Source of the DNA: Candidatus Heimdallarchaeota archaeon
GTDB taxonomy: Archaea > Asgardarchaeota > Heimdallarchaeia > Hodarchaeales > Hodarchaeaceae
Direction: 5' to 3'
NCBI GenBank assembly: GCA_019057635.1
Contig: DXJL01000097.1
Location: forward strand, 1-17,114
Length of the DNA stretch: 17,114 nt
Shown here one piece after another: positions 1 to 7,776 of this stretch. The notes under the pieces are model-generated. The model was not told where the DNA came from, did no database searches, and saw nothing but the letters and a program-made list of their open reading frames with translations. The translations under genes and the position numbers were made by a program. How positions within the stretch are numbered: the stretch's first letter is position 1; each line of letters begins with the position of its first letter.

Positions 1-126
1 TTCATGATTAACAGAGTGTTCAACCGATCTCATGGGATTATACCTAAAATGACGCGCTAGATAACGTCTTGATATTAGAATAACGGGAAACACGTAAATT
101 TGTTTTAGATTCCAGGGCTTAGTAGG

Positions 127-134
127 TTTATAAG
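127..134 (+). promoter_or_regulatory. Putative archaeal TATA box (TTTATAAG) upstream of the orphan omegaRNA
   Basis: Matches the TTTAWA consensus and lies ~28 nt before the first hairpin (CAGGAAA 155-161 / TTTCCTG 172-178) of the structured region. Confidence 0.4.
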
Positions 135-154
135 AAGAAAAGCTGCTAATCAAT

Positions 155-344
155 CAGGAAAGTCATGTGTATTTCCTGGCGCCGAGAGTTCTGCGGAGAC
201 GTTAAACGCCTGTGGAGAGGCGGTAAGACCTGCATTAATGCTGGCTCGCGTTGCTGAATCAGGAAGAACAGCTCCAAAGATTGTTACGAATAATTTTTCC
301 CAATTATTCCTAGCTGTCCTATTTGGGTAAGTCTTTCAGAACGG
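155..344 (+). ncRNA. TnpB omegaRNA-like scaffold / IS607-type right end without its own tnpB ORF
   Basis: 181-265 reads GCCGAGAGTTCTGCGGAGACGTTAAACGCCTGTGGAGAGGCGGTAAGACC...GAATCAGGAA and translates as AESSAETLNACGEAVRP, the tail typical of tnpB 3' ends that overlap the omegaRNA. It is followed by ...ATTTGGGTAAGTCTTTCAGAACGG (ends 344), which resembles IS607 right ends terminating in GG. No tnpB RuvC/Zn-finger coding sequence lies upstream. Confidence 0.65.
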
Positions 345-368
345 TTGTCTACCAGAAAGTGATGAAAC

Positions 369-863
369 TTGTTCATCGATTCGGATGATGTGCTCTCTGT
401 CCGAGATTTCTTCCATCAAACCTCGCGACGACTCATTAATTATTGTTTAACACACAATATTGAGACCATAGTCATTGGGTATAATGTCGGGTGGAAACAA
501 CATTGCAACCTGGGAAAGCGTGCCAATCAATCATTTGTCCAACTTCCCTTCTTATTATTCGTTCAGATGTTTGAATATAAAGCTAAACTTGTTGGTATGA
601 CAGTAGTTTGCGTGAACGAGGCATATACCTCCCAACAGTGTAGTAACTGTGGCCATACGGATAAAAAAAATCGTAAATCTCGTGGTTCCTTTTGCTGTCA
701 AGTATGCCGAGTTCAATTGAATACTGATTATGATGCCGCTTGCAATATTCTTCAGCGTTTTTATCCTGATACTCAAGTAGTCCCAACGGAAAGCATACAT
801 TCTCTTGTTGCTAACCTGTCGGATAGTGGATGTGTGACTCATCCTGTCCAGAATTCTTCTTGA
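369..863 (+). pseudogene. tnpB: N-terminally truncated TnpB (RNA-guided nuclease of IS200/IS605/IS607-type elements), C-terminal half only
   Basis: RDFFHQTSRRLINYC, IVIGYNVGWKQHCNLGKRANQSFVQLPF, EYKA, NEAYTSQQCSNC...CQVC zinc finger and NTDYDAACNI (RuvC-III). Homology starts only at ~396, so WED/REC/RuvC-I are missing. TTG start. Confidence 0.85.
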
Positions 864-887
864 AGAGTTGTCTGACAAATTTAGTCA
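821..887 (+). mobile_element. Hairpins at the tnpB 3' end (remnant omegaRNA / element right end)
   Basis: GGATA-GT-GGATG(821-832)/CATCC-TGTCC(840-849) stem, AATTCTT(852-858)/AAGAGTT(863-869) stem and a TGAC...GTCA mini-stem overlap the tnpB stop, as expected for this element class. Confidence 0.45.
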
Positions 888-935
888 TAAAACGCGAACC
901 TTGATAAATTCATAGAGAACAACTGGACAATTATC

Positions 936-1925
936 ATGAAATATGTTAGATTGGGACAAACGGGGTTAGAAGTCTCACGGATATGTCTGGGAATGATGTC
1001 CTATGGTGATCCAACAGTTTCTAAGTGGACCTTACCTTTAGATGAAGCACGACCTATAATTAAAAAAGCACTTGACCTAGGGATTAATTTCTTTGATACT
1101 GCGAACGTGTATTCAAAAGGTAAATCAGAAGAAATCACTGGTCAACTGTTAGGGGACTATCGAGATGAAGTAGTTATAGCAACAAAAGTCTTCTTTCCAA
1201 TGAGAGGATTTACTGAAGCCCCTCTTCCCAATCAGAGTGGACTATCACGGTACCATATCTATCGTGCAATAGATGATTCTTTGCGACGATTAAATCTGAA
1301 ATATGTGGATTTATATCAAATTCATCGTTTAGATCCAAATGTTCCTCTTGAAAATATCCTTCGTACATTGAACCACTTGATAGATCGAGGAAAAGTATTG
1401 CATATTGGAGCAAGCTCGATGTTTGCGTGGCAATTCGCTAAAAGCTTGTGGATTGCAGACAAATATGGATTTGAACCCTTTAAAACAATGCAAAATCATT
1501 ATAATTTACTTTATCGAGAAGAAGAAAGGGAAATGTTACCACTATGCAAAAATCAGGGAATAGGAGTAATCCCATGGTCTCCCCTCGCTCGAGGCTTCCT
1601 CACAGGAAAATATTCTTCGAAAAAACCTACAGATTCAGCCCGTTTTCAACATGATAAATATCTAAAAACGCGTTATTTCAAAACTGAAGATTTCAAAATT
1701 GTTGAACGAGTAGTCACAATAGCACAAGAGAAAGATATTACACCAGCACAAGTTGCTTTAGCATGGTTATTATCAAAAGAAGTGATTACAGCTCCAATCG
1801 TGGGGATAACAAAGCTTTCCTATGTTGAAGAAATTATAGGAGCATTAGATGTCAAATTGACCACTGATGAAATAAAAAGGCTTGAGGAATTTTATACGCC
1901 TCACTCCATCATCGGACACAGTTAG
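936..1925 (+). CDS. Aldo/keto reductase, YajO/Tas-like
   Basis: LGQTGLEVSRICLGMM, GINFFDTANVYS (catalytic D,Y), IATKV (K), VDLYQIHR (H), QNHYNLLYREEEREMLPLC and PWSPLARG. Confidence 0.95.
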   Translation: MKYVRLGQTGLEVSRICLGMMSYGDPTVSKWTLPLDEARPIIKKALDLGINFFDTANVYSKGKSEEITGQLLGDYRDEVVIATKVFFPMRGFTEAPLPNQSGLSRYHIYRAIDDSLRRLNLKYVDLYQIHRLDPNVPLENILRTLNHLIDRGKVLHIGASSMFAWQFAKSLWIADKYGFEPFKTMQNHYNLLYREEEREMLPLCKNQGIGVIPWSPLARGFLTGKYSSKKPTDSARFQHDKYLKTRYFKTEDFKIVERVVTIAQEKDITPAQVALAWLLSKEVITAPIVGITKLSYVEEIIGALDVKLTTDEIKRLEEFYTPHSIIGHS

Positions 1926-1979
1926 GAATAATATAATTCTTAGGTGATAAAATAGTAGAATCACAAACAATCTAGCATA

Positions 1980-2192
1980 ATGGGAGACATTGACTGGAAG
2001 CGTAGTTCAGGTGAATTAGAAAAGATACTAGGATTCTCGCTTGAATGTCCACGTTGTCGATCCTGGAATTTATGGTTTAAAACTCCCCCACAGGCAATAC
2101 ATATCAGCTGTCAACAGTGCGGGTTAACACTAACGATTTCTAAAGAGTCATTAGTCCATTATAAGAAAATTCTACTTCCAATTATAACGTGA
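1980..2192 (+). CDS. Small zinc-ribbon protein (70 aa)
   Basis: CPRC and CQQC pairs, ATG start, fills the gap between flanking genes. Confidence 0.7.
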   Translation: MGDIDWKRSSGELEKILGFSLECPRCRSWNLWFKTPPQAIHISCQQCGLTLTISKESLVHYKKILLPIIT

Positions 2193-2204
2193 ACCGAGCA
2201 TCCA

Positions 2205-2894
2205 TTAATCCAGAGTAGAAAGGCGTTTGATAAGTTTTATAGTAGCATCTTCCTCATTATACAAAATCATGTTCGCTCTAACTAAATCACCAAGGACCGA
2301 TCTGAGTTTGATCTCTGAAATTACAGTGCTTTTAACAAGTTCTTTACGTTTCCAAACTTCTTTTTCGCCGTGTACAATAGATAACACTTTGAAATGAGCT
2401 CTCCCCGAAAAAACTTCCTCCATGAGAGTGATATAAATGCTTAAAATTCCTCTCAATTCTTCTTGATTTGCCTTCTTTCCTGTTAATTCCTCATAAAGAG
2501 TACCAATTCTCTGCAATTCCTGGGCAAGGAAATCACGTTCTGTTTCAACTGCTTCTTTTTCAGATGAGAGCATAGAAAGATTTGTTCTGAGTCCCTCCAC
2601 TTGGGTTTGAACAGATGATTTTTCATCCTGCAAATTGGCTATCTTCGAAATCATCGATTGATAATCAGTTAATAATTGTTCAACTTCCTGCTTCTTCTGC
2701 TCATAAATATTAGCATCTTTCCTATCGGATTCAAGTTGCTTGTCTTGAAAATTCTGTTCCAAAGTACGTTGAACCCAGATGAGTTCACCAATGGTTGATA
2801 CGCCAAGATAAGATATAATATTGCTTATATGAGACTCACGCTGCTCTGGTGTTCCCATTGCTTCCTCTGGTGAAGATGAAGTAAAAAATGACAT
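2205..2894 (-). CDS. Coiled-coil protein with C-terminal winged-helix domain
   Basis: Heptad-rich E/Q/K/L segment (~aa 40-150). The C-terminus FKVLSIVHG..WKRKELVKSTVISEIKLRSVLGDLVRANMILYNEEDATIKL has a wHTH pattern. Confidence 0.7.
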   Translation of the reverse strand: MSFFTSSSPEEAMGTPEQRESHISNIISYLGVSTIGELIWVQRTLEQNFQDKQLESDRKDANIYEQKKQEVEQLLTDYQSMISKIANLQDEKSSVQTQVEGLRTNLSMLSSEKEAVETERDFLAQELQRIGTLYEELTGKKANQEELRGILSIYITLMEEVFSGRAHFKVLSIVHGEKEVWKRKELVKSTVISEIKLRSVLGDLVRANMILYNEEDATIKLIKRLSTLD

Positions 2895-3280
2895 AAGCTA
2901 GAGTGATTTTCATGCATTTATGTAATTTTTGGCCAAGAATACTTGGTAAAATAATATTTATACGCCAACCACGCCATACCATATAAGCAACGGTTTTAGG
3001 AATCATTAACATTCCGATAATAGGGATTTTTAGAACAAATAGAATTACTGAAATGTAAAAGCGTAGGAAACGATAATGCAGTAACCTAAATACAATCTAG
3101 GTAAATACAAATCAGTAATGTAAGCTCAAAATCATGATTCCAAGAGAAACAATGAATGACTTTCTAATTCCGATTTATCTTTTAGTATTAGTATTATTCA
3201 AATGGGAAATTAAACAAAAGGGGAAATAACGTCATAGAGGTGATTTTGTTTTCACTGTTTTGTTACATCTGTTGCTATAT

Positions 3281-3292
3281 ATTTATATAAAT
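3281..3292 (+). promoter_or_regulatory. TATA box (palindromic ATTTATATAAAT) for the ncRNA candidate
   Basis: TTTATATA at 3282-3289 starts ~31 nt upstream of G3313, the first base of hairpin 1. A CCTAT-N5-ATAGG inverted repeat (3300-3314) lies between them. Confidence 0.5.
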
Positions 3293-3312
3293 GGAAAGTC
3301 CTATCATAAATA

Positions 3313-3490
3313 GGGTTAGAGCGGATCGAAAATTTTTATTTTTAGAAGCGCTGATAAACCCATAAATTCGATTCAGTTTTTCGGATTTCTTCCGAAGGCT
3401 GATTGAAAGAAAAATCTGTATACGATGGAGAGTCGGCGAACCAAAAAACTTTGTTTTTTTAAATTGCTGACTTTCCCTCCCTCCCCCCTC
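3313..3490 (+). ncRNA. Candidate structured non-coding RNA (three tandem hairpins)
   Basis: Stems 3313-3361, 3367-3407 (17 bp, 3 G-U) and 3427-3476 (13 bp, 3 G-U, plus a 7-bp inner stem). The G-U pairs work only on the + strand. A TATA box precedes it and a pyrimidine tract follows. Confidence 0.5.
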
Positions 3491-3540
3491 TTATCATTTT
3501 CCTCTTCGATCCCTATTTATTGTAAAATGAAGACCGATCA

Positions 3541-3548
3541 TTTTATAA
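3541..3548 (+). promoter_or_regulatory. Putative TATA box of the PAS regulator gene
   Basis: TTTTATAA ~45 nt upstream of the TTG start. A GGAGAG SD-like element sits just before 3591. Confidence 0.4.
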
Positions 3549-3590
3549 CGCTCACTCGAGTGAATAAGTTTCATAAAAATATCGGAGAGA

Positions 3591-5427
3591 TTGTTCTATT
3601 TGACAAATAAACCACTTTCTGAAGAATTATTCCAATATATTTGGGATAATATCCGTGACATCATTTTCACTCTTGATGGTGAAGGTTTCATAACCTCTAT
3701 ATCACGTGAATTTGAAACAATAACTGGATGGTCCAGAGAAAAATGGATCGGTAAGCATTTCTTAGATCTAGTACATCCAGAGGATTCCGAGATAGTGAAA
3801 GAAGGATTTAGCGCAACAATTCGTGGAGAAATTCCTCCTCCATATTCTGCGCGTGTTCCAACAAAGAATGGGTCTCTAGTAATTCTTGAATCAAAAGCAA
3901 CTCCACAAATCTCACAAGGAAAAATCATTGGATATTTAGGAATCGCTCGGGATGTTACAGAGCGAATTGAGATGGAGAAGAAACTGAAGGCATCAGAAGA
4001 ACAATATCGAACAGCTATCAATTCTATCGGAGATCCAATTCACGTCATAAATCAGGAACATGAAATTATTCTTACTAATCACGCTTTTTATCCCTGGTTA
4101 AGAAGATTAAAACTGAATCCAGTTATTATTGGAAAGAAAGTAACAGAAGCCTTTCCTTTTCTACCGAAACAAGTTGAAATTGAGTATCAATCTGTCTTTA
4201 AAAGAGGTGATCTTCTTGTCACCGAAGAACAAACAGAAATTAAAGGTTTAATATATTATACCGAGACGAAAAAAATTCCAATATTCGATAAGGATCAGAA
4301 AGAGGTTATTCAAGTCCTTACAATTTTTTGTGATATTACAGAACGTAAAATAATGGAGGAAGAGCTACAGGAAAGTGAGGAAAAATTCAGATCCATTTTT
4401 GAAAACGCGCCTATAGGAATGTTATTAACTAATTTAAACTATCAATTTAGTAAGGTAAATGCAGTATTTTGTAATATGCTTGGATATTCTGAACAAGAAT
4501 TAACTCAATTAACTTTTCCGGAAATCACTCACCCTGAACATGCGAAAAGGGATGTAAAATTTACCGAGCAATTAATCAAAGGAAAAAATTCAATCTATCA
4601 GACAGAAAAACGATATCTTAAGAAAAATTCAGATTTTTTTTTTGGCTCAAACTACAGTAACGTTACTAAAAAACGAGAAAGACGAACCAAGCTTCTTTCT
4701 TGCGATGATCGAAGATATCTCGGTTCTAAAAGAAAAAGAAGAAGAACTTAAATCTCAATTACTTAAATTTAAAGTTGAAGATGGTAAAATGTATCTCATA
4801 AAAGAAAAGGTGCCCAGGTTGTCGCAAACTGTCTTCGAGGATCTCACCAAAGTCGGATATAATGGATTTATTGTTTCTCGTACTCCAAAAAAGAATTTTA
4901 ATAATCATATTAAGGAAAAAATCGCATTCTTCCAACTAACTGAGAAAAATAACTTTGAAACTCCTTTGAATGTAATGATAGAAACCCCACGAAAGTCAGT
5001 ATTCCTATTTGATCGTTTGGAATATTTATTTTTGAAAGAGGGTTTTGAAATTGTCACTAAGTTTATTTTTAAAATAAATGAAATGGTTTACTTCAATAAT
5101 CTAGTCGTACTGTTGTCTGTAGATACTTCTACTTTGACAGAGCGAGAGATAGCAGTTATAGAAAAAGAAACTCACGCTCTAGAACCTCGTTTTATAGCCA
5201 CTTTTTCAGAAGAATTTCTTCAAATCTTAAAGTATGTATTTCAACAGAATGGTGTTGGTGTTAAACCTTCATATTCGGATATTGGAGAGGAATTAAAAAT
5301 AAGTAGGCCAACAGCTAGAAAAAGGATAAACCATCTTGTATCTAGAGGGTATCTCGTTGAACACCAAACTGGTAAAAGCAAATTTTTAGAGTTGAGTGGA
5401 AAAGGGGAAATCTTATTTCTCACTTGA
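3591..5427 (+). pseudogene. PAS x3 - DUF835 - winged-helix regulator, frameshifted at a T10 run (4634-4643); ~611 aa if T9
   Basis: Three PAS/PAC repeats (DLVHPED..GIARDVTER; DITERK; EITHPEH..RYLKK). The third PAC continues in the 4642 frame (LAQTTVTLLK..FLAMIEDIS), then DUF835-like motifs (GFIVSRTP; VFLFDRLEYL; LLSVD..L.EREIAVIEKE) and a wHTH (SYSDIGEELKISRPTARKRINHLVSRGYL). Confidence 0.85.
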
Positions 5428-5620
5428 AGCTAATATCTCTTTTTTTCAAGCTACTCTAGGGTGTAGAGTTATTTTCTACTTCCTTATCCTTCTGTGCATC
5501 GAGATTTGAATGTTGTGATTAGTCGGAAGAGAATTTTTGATTACAAACTGCCGTAAGGAGTACTCTTATTATAAGAAGAATTTCCATACAATTGTAGAGC
5601 TTTCATAGAAGGAACTAAAC

Positions 5621-6100
5621 ATGAGTGACGTAGGTAGCGGATTAATAAAATTAGCATATCGAGGGGTAGCAGGATTCGTGGTTCTCCTCCTAATGTTCGT
5701 AGTAGGAGTAACAGGGACTGCGCTATCTTTTGCTGGTGGAATAATTATAGCCACCAGCTGGATTCCATTAGCATATCCAGAAATACTTTCAGAAGTTCAT
5801 ATCCTGGGCATTTTTGGCCAAGGTACTACAAGTCCTTTAATTGTAACAGCTTTTTTACTTATTGCAGGTATTTTATTTATGGCGATAGGTTTTCTTTTTC
5901 TCGTGTTCACATATTTCATTGGCAAAGGAGCGATACAGATTGATAAACAACTTTCCTCCACAGTTGATCGCACATTCTCAGGAACTGATCGCATATCGAA
6001 ATTAGAGAGATTAGCAGCACTTCGAGAAAGAGGAATTATCACTGAAACAGAATTTGAAAGAGAGAAAGAACGAATCTTAGGTCCAAATGATGAAGAATGA
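5621..6100 (+). CDS. Membrane protein with C-terminal SHOCT domain
   Basis: Two to three hydrophobic segments. C-terminal ISKLERLAALRERGIITETEFEREKERIL matches SHOCT. Confidence 0.85.
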   Translation: MSDVGSGLIKLAYRGVAGFVVLLLMFVVGVTGTALSFAGGIIIATSWIPLAYPEILSEVHILGIFGQGTTSPLIVTAFLLIAGILFMAIGFLFLVFTYFIGKGAIQIDKQLSSTVDRTFSGTDRISKLERLAALRERGIITETEFEREKERILGPNDEE

Positions 6101-6217
6101 GTATTATTGGGCCTAGATTTTATTTTTTAATTGAAAATGTGAAGATTAATTGCTTTTGAAATATCCTAACTCGGTAGAAAGATCAAAAATTTTAGTACTC
6201 AGGGCAGTAATTCGCTA

Positions 6218-6544
6218 TTACTTTGAAAATTGCTCAGGAATAACCATTGAAGAAATAGAAGTAATGAATTCTGAGGTTTCATCACCTTGATCAATAGTAA
6301 TAACCCGATGAGTTAAACCTTTAACTCTTTGCAAATTTTGAGCGGCATTACTGGCAATAAATCGTGAACGAACGCCTGCTGATTGACCAATCCATAAGAA
6401 TATTTTTTTCAATGCATTATCAAGTAATACATAGACAGATTCCTTCTTTAACTGCTGAGAAGGATCCTTATACGGTTCGAGCTCTCCAGATACATCAGTA
6501 GATATCTGGTAAAGCGATTTTTCATCTTCATTTATTACTAACAT
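6218..6544 (-). CDS. Single-domain gelsolin/villin-like protein (Asgard-type actin regulator)
   Basis: L...SVYVLLD....IFLWIGQSA...RFIASNAAQNL......VITIDQGDETSEF reproduces the gelsolin repeat (WxG and QGxE..F motifs). Confidence 0.85.
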   Translation of the reverse strand: MLVINEDEKSLYQISTDVSGELEPYKDPSQQLKKESVYVLLDNALKKIFLWIGQSAGVRSRFIASNAAQNLQRVKGLTHRVITIDQGDETSEFITSISSMVIPEQFSK

Positions 6545-6843
6545 GATAGTTCCTCAAGATCTCCGCGACTACTCGAAAATTAAGGGTTGAAAGTTAATAA
6601 ATCGAACTAAAGAAAGTCCTCGGATTTAATCTGGTGACAATCCAAGGCAAAAAGGAAGGATTATAGTTTTAAAATCAGGTAACACTCAGAAAATATCAAT
6701 CACAATTCTATCGAAAAATAGGAGTTTATGTCCATCCCTGCGAGCAGTGTTAATAATGTCGGCTTATTTCCTATATCGTATAGGTAATTTGTACAGGAAT
6801 TCGATGATAGAATCAAAAGATGGTTAGGGATCATTCAAGGGGC

Positions 6844-7455
6844 TTAAAGTGAAAAATGTTTCTGGTCATCAATTGTAATTGTTCTCTCATTTATCATTAC
6901 GATAGGGGTGCTAAGACTTGGGGGTAAGGTGATAGCAAGAGTCTTATGGGTTTCTTGAGTTTGGAAGTAATGAATATGGCCCGCAACAAAGAGTCGAGGG
7001 TTAAAGGTATCAACTATGGATCTTATCGCTTTACTTCCACAATGGTTAAACATTTCAGTACTTCGTGGGTTTTTACACCTATCAGCTAACCCGAGAGCAG
7101 GCCGATGGGAAATAAGAACATCAGTCGTTTCTGGAATACTTGTGGGTTCATGCATATGATCGATACCATAGAAACGAAGACCTGTTAATCCAAAAATTAA
7201 GTCAAGATGTTCATTAAGCCAAAAAAAGTTTGGTACTCTTTTTAGTGTTTGCTGGAGTTTTTCTCCTCCCCACAGTTCTTTATTCCCCATCACACTGAAA
7301 AAACGTAATGGAAACTTGAAATTTTTTTCAGGAGGATGATGATAATCAAAAATGTCTCCACAACAAATACAGATCGTTTTGGAATCCATATTTTCAGCTA
7401 GCTGGAATAATCGGGAAAAATTCCCCTCAAGATCAGCGCAGAGAAGAATCTTCAT
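6844..7455 (-). CDS. Calcineurin-like metallophosphoesterase
   Basis: MKILLCADLEG, CCGD, GNKE, LISHRP and FVAGHIH motifs in the canonical order. Confidence 0.85.
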   Translation of the reverse strand: MKILLCADLEGNFSRLFQLAENMDSKTICICCGDIFDYHHPPEKNFKFPLRFFSVMGNKELWGGEKLQQTLKRVPNFFWLNEHLDLIFGLTGLRFYGIDHMHEPTSIPETTDVLISHRPALGLADRCKNPRSTEMFNHCGSKAIRSIVDTFNPRLFVAGHIHYFQTQETHKTLAITLPPSLSTPIVMINERTITIDDQKHFSL

Positions 7456-7614
7456 TGAAAATGTCCACCAGACAAACTAGGCATAGAAGTATTTGAATTC
7501 TTTTGAATTTACTTAAGTATCATCCACTTTTTTAGCAAGACAAATTACATCAACAGACTACTTTATCCAAAACACTTATGCATTTCATCCCTTCCTCCCT
7601 CTATGGTAAGAAAA

Positions 7615-7776
7615 ATGGTTGTCGAAAAATTAAGCTGTCCAATTTGTGGAAAAATGACAGAAATAGCCACACCTACAGGTACAGAAATAACACAGATAAA
7701 GAAAAAATCTTTCTGGAATACTTTAGTGAGCAATTCCTATGGCACACGAATGGCAACCATTTGTGAGCACTGCTAA
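7615..7776 (+). CDS. Small zinc-ribbon protein (53 aa; possibly 66 aa to 7815 if the TAA at 7774 is a lesion)
   Basis: Not in the ORF track. MVVEKLSCPICGK...ATICEHC* carries two CxxC pairs, and the in-frame continuation SPIAIWFKKPKK* ends at 7815. Confidence 0.65.
   Translation: MVVEKLSCPICGKMTEIATPTGTEITQIKKKSFWNTLVSNSYGTRMATICEHC

Noticed and set aside
1-60. Open frame ending at TAG 60 (or a minus-strand start at 33)
   Set aside because: Too short to assign strand or product.
345-364. Partial matches of the predicted omegaRNA guide within the window (TCTGGTAG in the vapBC promoter ~14253; TCTGGTGACAA ~6630)
   Set aside because: Only 8 nt or gapped matches, which are expected by chance in 17 kb.
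344-873. GTTGTCT direct repeat (344-350 and 867-873) flanking the tnpB fragment as a possible target-site duplication
   Set aside because: Only 7 bp, and IS200/IS605/IS607 elements do not create TSDs.
2955-3125. Short repeats (ACGCCA x2, TAAATACAA x2) considered as a mini CRISPR or iteron array
   Set aside because: Only two short copies each with no regular spacer structure, and no cas genes are present.
3425-3610. 61-aa ORF MESRRTKK...
   Set aside because: Runs through hairpin 3 and a low-complexity C/T tract and overlaps the PAS start; composition is not protein-like.
6700-6835. 44-codon minus-strand ORF and CCTATA-TCG-TATAGG palindrome in the gelsolin/phosphoesterase gap
   Set aside because: No motif support; a 6-bp AT-rich stem is not significant alone.
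7578-7766. 62-aa ORF from the track
   Set aside because: The overlapping frame at 7615 has two CxxC pairs and is the more credible gene.
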